Source of the DNA: Eimeria praecox
Lineage: Eukaryota
Direction of reading: 5' to 3'
Assembly (NCBI GenBank): GCA_963920595.1
Contig: OY986947.1
Span: forward strand, 6,510,001 to 6,552,442
DNA length: 42,442 bases
A program made the position numbers and the translations under genes. The notes under the pieces are model-generated. The model saw nothing but the letters and a program-made list of their open reading frames with translations. It did not search any database and was not told the DNA's origin. Positions 13,901 to 25,900 of the stretch are shown here, in pieces; within the stretch, counting starts at the first letter, position 1; each line of letters begins with the position of its first letter.

Positions 13901-16900
13901 TATATGGATGTTCCATGCCGCCGCGGAACAGAAAGTATGCAGAGGGTCGTGGGCTTGCGATGGAACGGAGCGGTGTCTGTGACTGGGTGGCAAGAATCAG
14001 TATTTTGTTTAGGCAGGGGGTGGTCAAGTGAAGTGACTTAATTGTGGATGAGAGGGAGGGGGGGGTGGGGGGGAGGATTGGGACGTTGGTGGCGCATTTG
14101 GCAGCATTGGCTTGTTTCTTTAGTGTGGGGTATGGAGGTGTGAGCAAGGCGTGGGAGAAGGGGAGCATGGTGGTTCAATGCACCAGGAAGTATGTTTGGT
14201 TTTTCGTCTGCGTGGTTATTGGTAGGTGGGGTGGTCAGGTATTTGAGTAGCGGGGCTTGAAGGAGGCGTGTTGCGGAGCACAATGTGTGTGTCTAATCAA
14301 GGGCTGCACCTGGTACCACCGAAAAAATGTTAGCTGGTGTTTTGTCGCTGAATTGTGATATATGATTGAGGCCCAGGAGAGGGTTTATTTGTGTGGCTTA
14401 TGGAGGGGAGAGCTCGTACACTGTAGTCGTGAATGCGTTTAACATACCAGGAGGTACGGCCGACTTGCATTTGGCAAAAGAAGGAGTCGGGCGTTGACGC
14501 GGTGTAGACATTAGTGCATTTTACAGTTGGTCTGCAGGATTGCTGAAGTGTGGTTTGTGTGTGAGTGCAGTGAGCGTCAGGGATGATGCGTGTGAGATGG
14601 AGGGTACATGTCGTGCAATGTAGTCGTGAATGGGCTTCACTTATCAGGAAGTGCGTAGGAGGTGGCGTGGTGAATGGTTGGAGGGCCTTGGTGGGCGTTA
14701 TAGGGTAGTGGTGTTTCCAGTTAGGTTGCAAGGGCGGTGAAGGGTGGTTTGAATGGCAAAGGCGCCAGAGTGGCAATATTTTGAGGATGCGTTTTGGGGT
14801 GGGATCTGCATAGCGTCGGGAGTGGATACCAGGACATTTAATGAGTGCTTGTGCTGCATGGGGTAGCGTTGGTGGGTCTGCGGCGGCGCTTTAGCGTAGG
14901 TGAGCTGAGTAGGAAGCGCCTGACAGTAGCCTCCAGCGTGTTTGCGTGTGTGTGTGTGGAGTATTCACTATTCACCAGGAGGTACGGCTTATACTGGGGT
15001 ATAGCCCAAGCACGTGTTTATAAGGGATAGTGGGCAGTTTGGGTTTTTGGGTGCGCATGGAGTGGGTTGTGGCGTCACCCTAGGGCTCTCCGTTTCGCAA
15101 GATGAGATTCCATTGTGTTGGGGATAAGCGTGCAGTTGGAGTGCGATGCAGGTTGCATTGTTGCAGCCCGAGAGGGAGGCGTGAGTTGCAATTGAACAGG
15201 CTTGTGTGCATCAGAAAGTGCGTTTGTCCCTTAGATTGGGGAGGATGCGTGGTGTGCTTATCGGCATTTGGGATGCTGGGCGTTTCGCAGGGATTAGTTT
15301 GTCAGGGACTTTGTTGGGGTTGAGCGCTGTGAACAAGTTAAGCGACGGCGAGGGCTTGGTTGCTGGTTAGCTTCGTGGGCATTTGCGTGAGCCATTGGAT
15401 TGGGGTGGTTTGTTGCCTATGAACCTGTTTCAGAAAGTAAGGATTCTTGGGTGGGTGGAGTGTGGCAGGTGGACGAGAATGTTCCTTGCGTTGTGTGCAA
15501 GGCGGGTCTGGATCTATGGTAGGCTAAGCATGGCCTGTTGAGGATGTTGACGGACGGCGTCTAGGAGGTGTTGGGCGCATGCGTTTCTATACAGCTGGCA
15601 TGCAGCACACGTTTGGCTGGTTCCGGATGTAATGTTATGCATTAGGGAAGGGATGCGGAGCACTCGAGAAGCAGTGTTCGTTTGTTCACTCTAGCTCGTG
15701 TTGAATCATGATGGGCATGCAGGGTAGCTCGCCACCATGTCAATGCGTCAGAAAGTAGGCGTCGTGGCCAGCTTGCGCCCATATGCACTGCTGTATAAGC
15801 CAGCAGATATGGTCGAAACTTGTTTCGTGTTTTCGGGAATGAGTATGAATGCGTTATAAGGTGGAAAAGGAGGTGAAGCGTCAGGAGCAAGATATCGATA
15901 CCGTAGGGCCCGAGTGCTAGTTTCATTGTTGAGGGTTCCGGTTTGCACCTGTGTGGGTTTTGTGGCAGGTGGATTGTGTGGAGGGGTAGCTGCTGCAAAG
16001 AGCATATATGGATGTTCCATGCCGCCGCGGAACAGAAAGTATGCAGAGGGTTGTGGGCTTGCGATGGAACAGAGCGGTGTGTGTGACTGGGTGGCAAGAA
16101 TCAGTATTTTGTTTATGCAGGGGGTGGTCAAATGAAGTGACTTAATTGTGGATGAGAGGGAGGGGGGGGTGGGGGGGAGGATTGGGACGTTGGTGGTGCA
16201 TTTGGCAGCATTGGTTTGTTTCTTTAGTGTGGGGTATGGAGGTGTGACCAATGCGTGGGAGAAGGGGAGCATGGTGGTTCAATGCACCAGGAAGTATGTT
16301 TGGTTTTTCGTCTGCGTGGTTATTGGTAGGTGGGGTGGTCAGGTATTTGAGTATCGGGGCTTGAAGGAGGCGTGTTGCGGAGCACAATGTGTGTGTCTAA
16401 TCAAGGGCTGCACCTGGTACCACCGAAAAAATGTTAGCTGGTGTTTTGTCGCTGAATTGTGTTATATGATTGAGGCCCAGGATAGGGTTTATTTGTGTGG
16501 CTTATGGAGGGGAGAGCTCGTACACTGTAGTCGTGAATGCGTTTAACATACCAGGAGGTACGGTCGACCTGCATTTGGCAAAAGAAGGAGTCGGGCGTTG
16601 ACGCGGTGTAGACATTAGTGCATTTTACAGTTGGTTTGCAGGATTGCTGAAGTGTGGTTTGTGTGTGAGTGCAGTGAGCGTCAGGGATGATGCGTGTGAG
16701 ATGGAGGGTACATGTCGTGCAATGTAGTCGTGAATGGGCTTCACTTATCAGGAAGTGCGTAGGAGGTGGCGTGGTGAATGGTTGGAGGGCCTTGGTGGGC
16801 GTTATAGGGTAGTGGTGTTTCCAGTTAGGTTGCAAGGGCGGTGAAGGGTGGTTTGAATGGCAAAGGCGCCAGAGTGGCAATATTTTGAGGATGCGTTGTG

Positions 16901-19900
16901 GGGTGGGATCTGCATAGCGTCGGGAGTGGATACCAGGACATTTGATGAGTGGTTGTGCTGCATGGGGTAGCGTTGGTGGGTCTGCGGCGGCGCTTTAGCG
17001 TAGGTGACCTGAGTAGGAAGCGCCTGACAGTAGCCTCCAGCGTGTTTGCGTGTGTGTGTGTGGAGTATTCACTATTCACCAGGAGGTACGGCTTATACTG
17101 GGGTATAGCCCAAGCACGTGTTTATAAGGGATAGTGGGCAGTTTGGGTTTTTGGGTGCGCATGGAGTGGGTTGTGGCGTTACCCTAGGGCTCTCCGTTTC
17201 GCAAGATGAGATTCCATTGTGTTGGGGATAAGCGTGCAGTTGGAGTGCGATGCAGGTTGCATTGTTGCAGCCCGAGAGGGAGGCGTGATTTGCAATTGAA
17301 CAGGCTTGTGTGCATCAGAAAGTGCGTTTGTCCCTTAGATTGGGGAGGATGCGTGGTGTGCTTATCGGCATTTGGGATGTTGGGCGTTTCGCAGGGATTA
17401 GTTTGTCAGGGACTGTGTTGGGGTTGAGCGCTGTGAACAAGTTAAGCGACGGCGAAGGCTTGGTTGCTGGTTAGCTTCGTGGGCATTTGTGTGAGCCATT
17501 GGATTGGGGTGGTTTGTTGCCTATGGACCTGTTTCAGAAAGTATGGATTCTTGGGTGGGTGGAGTGTGGCAGGTGGACGAGAATGTTCCTTGCGTTGTGT
17601 GCAAGGCGGGTCTGGATCTATGGTAGGCTAAGCATGGCCTGTTGAGGATGTTGACGGACGGCGTCTAGGAGGTGTTGGGCGCATGCGTTTCTATACAGCT
17701 GAGGTGTAGGGCGCATGCGTTTCTATACAGCTGGCATGCAGCACACTTTTTGCTGGTTCCGGATGTAATGTTATGCATTAGGGGAGGGATGCGGAGCACT
17801 CGAGAAGCAGTGTTCGTTGTTCACTCTAGCTCGTGTTGAATCATGATGGGCATGCAGGGTAGCTCGCCACCATGTCAATGCGTCAGAAAGTAGGCGTCGT
17901 GGCCAGCTTGCGCCCATATGCACTGCTGTATAAGTCAGCAGATATGGTCGAAACTTGTTTCGTGTTTTCGGGAATGAGTATGAATGCGTTATAAGGTGGA
18001 AAAGGAGGTGAAGCGTCAGGAGCAAGATATCGATACCGTAGGGCTCGAGTGCTAGTTTCATTGTTGAGGGTTCCGGTTTGCACCTGTGTGGGTTTTGTGG
18101 CAGGTGGATTGTGTGGAGGGGTAGCTGCTGCAGAGAGCATATATGGATGTTCCATGCCGCCGCGGAACAGAAAGTATGCAGAGGGTCGTGGGCTTGCGAT
18201 GGAACGGAGCGGTGTCAGTGACTGGGTGGCAAGAATCAGTATTTTGTTTATGCAGGGGGTGGTCAAATGAAGTGACTTAATTGTGGATGAGAGGGAGGGG
18301 GGGGTGGGGGGGAGGATTGGGACGTTTGTGGTGCATTTGGCAGCATTGGTTTGTTTCTTTAGTGTGGGGTATGGAGGTGTGAGCAAGGCGTGGGAGAAGG
18401 GGAGCATGGTGGTTCAATGCACCAGGAAGTATGTTTGGTTTTTCGTCTGCGTGGTTATTGGTAGGTGGGGTGGTCAGGTATTTGAGTAGCGGGGCTTGAA
18501 GGAGGCGTGTTGCGGAGCACAATGTGTGTGTCTAATCAAGGGCTGCACCTGGTACCACCGAAAAAATGTTAGCTGGTGTTTTGTCGCTGAATTGTGATAT
18601 ATGATTGAGGCCCAGGAGAGGGTTTATTTGTGTGGCTTATGGAGGGGAGAGCTCGTACACTGTAGTCGTGAATGCGTTTAACATACCAGGAGGTACGGTC
18701 GACCTGCATTTGGCAAAAGAAGGAGTCGGGCGTTGACGCGGTGTAGACATTAGTGCATTTTACAGTTGGTCTGCAGGATTGCTGAAGTGTGGTTTGTGTG
18801 TGAGTGCAGTGAGCGTCAGGGATGATGCGTGTGAGATGGAGGGTACATGTCGTGCAATGTAGTCGTGAATGGGCTTCACTTATCAGGAAGTGCGTAGCAG
18901 GTGGCGTGGTGAATGGTTGGAGGGCCTTGGTGGGCGTTATAGGGTAGTGGTGTTTCCAGTTAGGTTGCAAGGGCGGTGAAGGGTGGTTTGAATGGCAAAG
19001 GCGCCAGAGTGGCAATATTTTGAGGATGCGTTTTGGGGTGGGATCTGCATAGCGTCGGGAGTGGCTACCAGGACATTTGATGAGTGGTTGTGCTGCATGG
19101 GGTAGCGTTGGTGGGTCTGCGGCGGCGCTTTAGCGTAGGTGACCTGAGTAGGAAGCGCCTGACAGTAGCCTCCAGCGTGTTTGCGTGTGTGTGTGTGGAG
19201 TATTCACTATTCACCAGGAGGTACGGCTTATACTGGGGTATAGCCCAAGCACGTGTTTATAAGGGATAGTGGGCAGTTTGGGTTTTTGGGTGCGCATGGA
19301 GTGGGTTGTGGCGTCACCCTAGGGCTCTCCGTTTCGCAAGATGAGATTCCGTTGTGTTGGGGATAAGCGTGCAGTTGGAGTGCGATGCAGGTTGCATTGT
19401 TGCAGCCCGAGAGGGAGGCGTGAGTTGCAATTGAACAGGCTTGTGTGCATCAGAAAGTGCGTTTGTCCCTTAGATTGGGGAGGATGCGTGGTGTGCTTAT
19501 CGGCATTTGGGATGCTGGGCGTTTCGCAGGGATTAGTTTGTCAGGGACTTTGTTGGGGTTGAGCGCTGTGAACAAGTTAAGCGACGGCGAGGGCGTGGTT
19601 GCTGGTTAGCTTCGTGGGCATTTGCGTGAGCCATTGGATTGGGGTGGTTTGTTGCCTATGGACCTGTTTCAGAAAGTAAGGATTCTTGGGTGGGTGGAGT
19701 GTGGCAGGTGGACGAGAATGTTCCTTGCGTTGTGTGCAAGGCGGGTCTGGATCTATGGTAGGGTAAGCATGGCCTGTTGAAGATGTTGACGGACAGCGTC
19801 TAGGAGCTGTTGGGCGCATGCGTTTCTATACATCTGGCATGCAGCACACGTTTGGCTGGTTCCGGATGTAATGTTATGCATTATGGAAGGGATGCGGAGC

Positions 19901-22900
19901 ACTCGAGAAGCAGTGTTCGTTTGTTCACTCTAGCTCGTGTTGAATCATGATGGGCATGCAGGGTAGCTCGCCACCATGTCAATGCGTCAGAAAGTAGGCG
20001 TCGTGGCCAGCTTGCGCCCATATGCGCTGCTGTGTAAGCCAGCAGATATGGTCGAAACTTGTTTCGTGTTTTCGGGAATGAGTATGAATGCGTTATAAGG
20101 TGGAAAAGGAGGTGAAGCGTCAGGAGCAAGATATCGATAACGTAGGGCCCGAGTGCTAGTTTCATTGTTGAGGGTTCCGGTTTGCACCTGTGTGGTTTTT
20201 GTGGCAGGTGGATTGTGTGGAGGGGTAGCTGCTGCAAAGAGCATATATGGATGTACCATGCCGCCGCGGAACAGAAAGTATGCAGAGGGTCGTGGGCTTG
20301 CGATGGAACGGAGCGGTGTCTGTGACTGGGTGGCAAGAATCAGTATTTTGTTTATGCAGGGGGTGGTCAAATGAAGTGACTTAATTGTGGTTGAGAGGGC
20401 GGGGGGGTGGGGGGGAGGATTGGGACGTTGGTGGCGCATTTGGCAGCATTGGCTTGTTTCTTTAGTGTGGGGTATGGAGGTGTGAGCAAGGCGTGGGAGA
20501 AGGGGAGCATGGTGGTTCAATGCACCAGGAAGTATGTTTGGTTTTTCGTCTGCGTGGTTATTGGTAGGTGGGGTGGTCAGGTATTTGAGTAGCGGGGCTT
20601 GAAGGAGGCGTGTTGTGGAGCACAATGTGTGTGTCTAATCAAGGGCTGCACCTGGTACCACCGAAAAAATGTTAGCTGGTGTTTTGTCGCTGAATTGTGA
20701 TATATGATTGAGGCCCAGGAGAGGGTTTATTTGTGTGGCTTATGGAGAGGAGAGCTCGTACACTGTAGTCGTGAATGCGTTTAACATACCAGGAGGTACG
20801 GCCGACTTGCATTTGGCAAAAGAAGGAGTCGGCCGTTGACGTGGTGTAGACATTAGTGCATTTTACAGTTGGTCTGCAGGATTGCTGAAGTGTGGTTTGT
20901 GTGTGAGTGCAGTGAGCGTCAGGGATGATGCGTGTGAGATGGAGGGTACATGTCGTGCAATGTAGTCGTGAATGGGCTTCACTTATCAGGACGTGCGTAG
21001 CAGGTGGCGTGGCGAATGGCTGGAGGGCCTTGGTGGGCGTTATAGGGTAGTGGTGTTTCCAGTTAGGCTGTAAGGGCGGTGAAGGGTGGTTTGAATGGCA
21101 AAGGCGCCAGAGTGGCAATATTTTGAGGATGCGTTTTGGGGTGGGATCTGCATAGCGTCTGGAGCGGATTCCAGGACATTTGATGAGTGCTTATGCTGCA
21201 TGTGGATTTGGGTGGGTGTTGGCTACGGATATGTGGGTGGTTGATGAATGTGGCGGAAGCAAACGGAATGTGGACAATACGGCAACATACGGCGGAAGGT
21301 GCCGAGTTTCCAGTTGTACTGGCTGGACGAAGGTTGACTGCATTTGATGTGTGCAAGACATGTGATGTTCGTGGGCGCGCATTATTTCTGAAAGCCGTGA
21401 AGTTTGTATCACCTGTAGCCGCCGTTAGACACTAATTAAAAAAAAAGTCGCAAATAAGCTGGAACTGCGTTTGCCGTACAATCATTATGCCTCGCGGGAA
21501 TAGCAGGTGCCACTCGCGCTTACGTCTGTGCACCGGTAATGCCACGAAACAGCAAGTACGCTTGAATTCCCGACGACTCACGCCTGCTCAAATTCGGACT
21601 GTAGTGGACGGATGGAGGGCTTCTAGTTGGCACGAGTTAATGCCGGCATGAGCCTAGAGTAATAGGTGAGAGGAACGGCAACGGACCAGGCGAAGCTTGC
21701 TTACGTGAGTGCAAACGCGATGCATAGCACGGCTGCGAAGCATGTGGGCATTGTATTTGCGCCGCATGAATCCGACAGCATCGCTGACTTGGAAACGTTC
21801 TTTACACAGCGGTTTTGACGGTCTCTGAGTGCGCAAGGCTGCAGGGCACGAGCTCCTCCAGCATGTGGAAGTAATGCTTACAGCGAATTAGCAAGGCGTT
21901 AGGGTCTATCAAGGTCATGCAGGACGCGCCGCAGCTGGCAGATTGGACATGTTCGGCGAGCTGGCGATTCGTACTAGTTTCGACCAGCCGGCGTTGCTCT
22001 TCGTCGTTGTATGGCGTCCGTGTAATTGGAAAATGGCGTTAGGCAACGAGTTCAGAAAAAACAAGTGGGACCGAAAAGGGGTGCCAAGGACGAGCAACGG
22101 ATTGGGGAATTGGTGCGCGGCGATGCGCCGAAACAGACCAGTTTGAAGAGATTTGAGGCAAGCATTAGTGAGTTGGGGAGTACTTGGCTGTTTGTCGAAA
22201 CGCGCAACTGAGAACCGCATGGCTTCAGGCTTTCGATGAATCAGGGGGTATGTGTTGCCTGCAAAATGACTACAAAAGCGATTGCCTGTCACGCGATGCT
22301 TTAGATTAGGTGTGCTGTTATGCGAAAGCCTGTTTGGTCATGAAGTATGAAAGAAGCCCCCTACGCGTACAGGCGTATTAGGCGCACTTACTTGAAGATT
22401 GTGCTTTTTTGGACACCGCTTCCACCGTCAATCGGGCGGCAGTTTGTGCAAACTAACGACTTTCGGTTAACAAATGAGGGTGCAGTTACTCCGGTCTGGA
22501 GGCGGGATGCGAATCAGGATGCTTTATCGCTCGCAGGCATGCGCATGTATTAGAAGCATCCCATGCACTTCACTGCCGTAATAGTGCTTGCTTGAAACGT
22601 TATATACTTTCAAGAGAGTCTGAAATGGCCCAGGCTGTGCGTTTGATCTCTGGAAATGAATTACACTCGCAGAGTGCAGACTGACAGCAGCCTACCGATA
22701 TGCTTGCACCCTTGTCCCTTAGAGCAATTTGAGCATATCAATACGTTTCTCCGCGCACCTGACACGACGCCTGTTTATTTGTCAAATTCGAAAAATGGCA
22801 CTTGCTTCCTGCGGCCTCCGATCTTCATTCAGTTATTTGATAATGACATGCGTTCAGGTCACAAAGGTATAGTTTAGGAGTGAAGGGCTGGACGAGGTTG

Positions 22901-25900
22901 CGACGGAAATGTATGTCACACAACAGGCGGTAGGTTGATTTACAGATCCAGGACACGAATGGACTGCAAATGAAAGTAAAGCGGGGGCTACAGGGCAGAG
23001 CGGCCTCTAGTACTGGAGAGCGCGTGCCACAAGGTGGCTCTCGCTGTTCAGCAATGGAATATGTTTCGCAGCACCCGGGCACGAGGCTCTTCGGTATGTT
23101 TCGCACTTCACTCGCTGGAGCTGGCGCGATATAGATCATAAAGATGCCTTTGACATACAGAAGACGTTTGACATTCCAGGCAGTACGTCTGCTTTTCGGA
23201 AACTGCAGTACGCTCATAAACCAGCGGAACCAGCGAAGCATCCACCGTACTGTAGCTTGTCGTCTTTGCGCATGATCACATGCCAAGTGTACCGCATGCT
23301 TCTCGAGGCTGCCTCATTGGTAATGCACACCGGCTCCACGTTAGTCAAGCAAATCTCTTTGATGCACATAAGAACTGTTGAAGCCTTCGTAGAGCGCAGG
23401 GGTGTGTGCGAGACGCTAATGAAGAGCAAGAACCGACTTGCCATATGGCAAAACGGGAAAGGGAACAAGTCCAATTTGGGGAAGATTTAACGTGCCCAGG
23501 TTTTGACCTGAAGGTAATGAACCGTTCTACATGTTTCACCAAGTATGCAAGCCCACTAATGCCGAATGAGCGTGCTGTGGCACAGTGTAAGTACGCGTTT
23601 ATGGGCAAGCAATGCCGCTTATTTAAGACTGCTGTGCCTGGGTAAACAGCACATCATTTGGTCGATTTGCCTCCAAGACATGCAAGCCGCTTCTGCAGCG
23701 CGTGCATTTGGCACAAAGGCATGCTACGGTGTGTCAAATGTGAGCAGTAAGAATGCCTTGAGTGCCTTCAGACGAAACCTAGGGACAGCGCATGCCACTC
23801 CGTCTCTCGTTGCTCTGTGCGCACTATTATGCCAGGTTGTAAAAAAGCACAGGGTGGCGTGCAATGTGGCAATGCGTTTCTGTAAAAACACGGAAACGTG
23901 CCATGTGGCGGGCTGCGTAGCTAATAAGCTGTTGTTGACGATTGCGATGAGGGGAGTCTCAGTCGTGGGGTACAGCTGCTAAACGTCAAGCACCGTAGAG
24001 GATGGCATATCGCGTGTTAGCGTAACTGCTCGGCAGCCTACCACGTATGCGGGCGTATGACGCGATTCTTAGACTGGCATGGGCAGAAAGAGCATACCAG
24101 TGCTTGTGTGCCTGCTTTAGCAGTGCGTTTCTAGCATCCCCAAGCAGGACACGCGCAGATTCGCAGTTTAGCTTATATTTGTAAGTCTTTGCGGAATAGT
24201 TTCTCCTCTCATTTTGCATGAAACACTTTGCTTTGGATGCTGGAGGGCTGTAAAATCTGAAGAAAAGCATCGGGAGACGCACTGCTCTACCCGATCCCAC
24301 AGACCTCTGTACTCTACGGTAGAGGGATACGTCTACTGGATGCCTCAGAGACAACGCTGCGTCTCACCTAACATGGAGGGCGAGTCTCTGCTCACCTTAA
24401 CTGCCTGGGCCGACTAAGCACGACGGGTAATCAAGCAAAGCCACGGAGGTTCATCCATGCAGTGGGCTGCTTTTCAGTTTCCCCCAAATTCGCCATTTTG
24501 CTGTCGTGTCAGCCAGTGCGTGTGGCCCGATTCTCGGCTTATATGCTAGAGACGCCCCTTAATTGTGGAAGCAGCGAGACTGGTCTGTAGATCCAAATGC
24601 ACCTCTCTGCCATGCGTTTGAAACGCTGTTTAGCTTTGTGCCTGCGCTATAGCTCGGCTGAGGTCTGTATGGCCCATCATGCAGGTACCACACTAACCCA
24701 TTCTGCCCAACTTCGTGGAAGCAAAATAGGTGCTGCTAAGGAGTGACTGCACACGTCTAATCTCCTTTACGGTCTTTGTGAGAAAAGGCTCAGTAATAAG
24801 ACGTTCTCACCTCCGTTGGTGAGGCTGCTCACTGAGAGCCGGCACGCTCATTAGCGACAGACGCCTTAACGGGCGATTTGTGCAGGCCCCGTATGCGCTA
24901 ATATTGGAAATGTCTGTCTTGACTTGCGGTTGGCCCTTTCGCGGCTAGCGCAGAAAAGTGTAGTGAAATTAGGCTGCGCATTACTGTTGACTGCGGCATC
25001 TGTTTCTTGCTTGCATGCTGCTTAGTGGAGGCACCTGAGGCTACACGGATTAATGCTTACCGGCTTGGAGTAGGAGGCATGGCAGAAGGAGAGCACAGCA
25101 ACTTAAAGCATTGAGCGGGCATGGAGCTACCGTGATATTGATCAAATTAAATTGCAGGAAAGCCGCAGGAAAAAGCGACTGTACGAGACAACTCATTGCA
25201 CTATGCTTGCAATGAAGGGATTCGGTAGTGCGCGCTGCCCTTCTTTGCCACTGGCATCGATGGCAGCAGCCTAGCATTGCTGTGGCATGCATTTACTTTA
25301 CGGCTGTGCTAGCTAGTGCTCGTGACGTGTGTGATTTGTTCGTACGTGATGCCTCCAGCTCAGTGCCGCGATAGCCCCCACTTGGCCACCCGCCGCACGG
25401 TTCAGGCATGCATACTTTGTTGAGAAATACGAAGCACGCGTATGTCTCAGAAGCGTGCACACAGGCTTGTAGTAGGTGCCAGTCACACCGCTGTGGGCCT
25501 TACCATAGGATGGTTATTGATGTGAAGGCTTAAGCAGGAGTGTTGTAGACACCTAGATTGGTTGTTTTGAGGTGGAGAACTTTCGTGGTTACGTTATGCC
25601 CGTTAATATCTCAGCATCGGCCTTACAGTGTGCATGGCATATGCAATGATTAAACCTAAAGTGCCTTTTCGGTAAGCCAAGCTTACTGAACTTGACAGAT
25701 ACCGCTCACACAATAATGCTGGAATTATTGGACGTCTCGTTGAGCTAAACCCACCGTTTTTCATAGGCCGAAAATTCATGATATAGCGTTATGGAGAGCG
25801 TTTCACTATGAATTTGGGTTTCGCGGTTTTCAGGCTGCTTGGAAGAATATACGCATCTTATAAAACTGATATATACAGCGCGCGGCAAAGCAAACGAGCT

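Larger units (their letters stand above)
1..21202. repeat. Tandem array A, ~10 copies of a ~2.1 kb unit (continues upstream of the window)
   Basis: The marker CACCAG-GAG-GTACGG has its GAG at 208, 2321, 4425, 6528, 8640, 10753, 12866, 14979, 17083 and 19218 (periods 2113, 2104, 2103, 2112, 2113, 2113, 2113, 2104, 2135). The ORF track repeats with the same periods. Homology ends at ~21202. Confidence 0.98.

Noticed and set aside
74..21118. Repeated 60-212 aa ORFs in array A (both strands)
   Set aside because: They overlap in several frames, resemble no protein family I recognise, and are broken by stops or frameshifts in some copies. The Pro/Thr/His- or Val/Gly/Cys-rich composition simply reflects the G/T skew.
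21431..21446. A9 tract just after array A as a retroelement tail
   Set aside because: It is short, with no target-site duplication or associated element visible.
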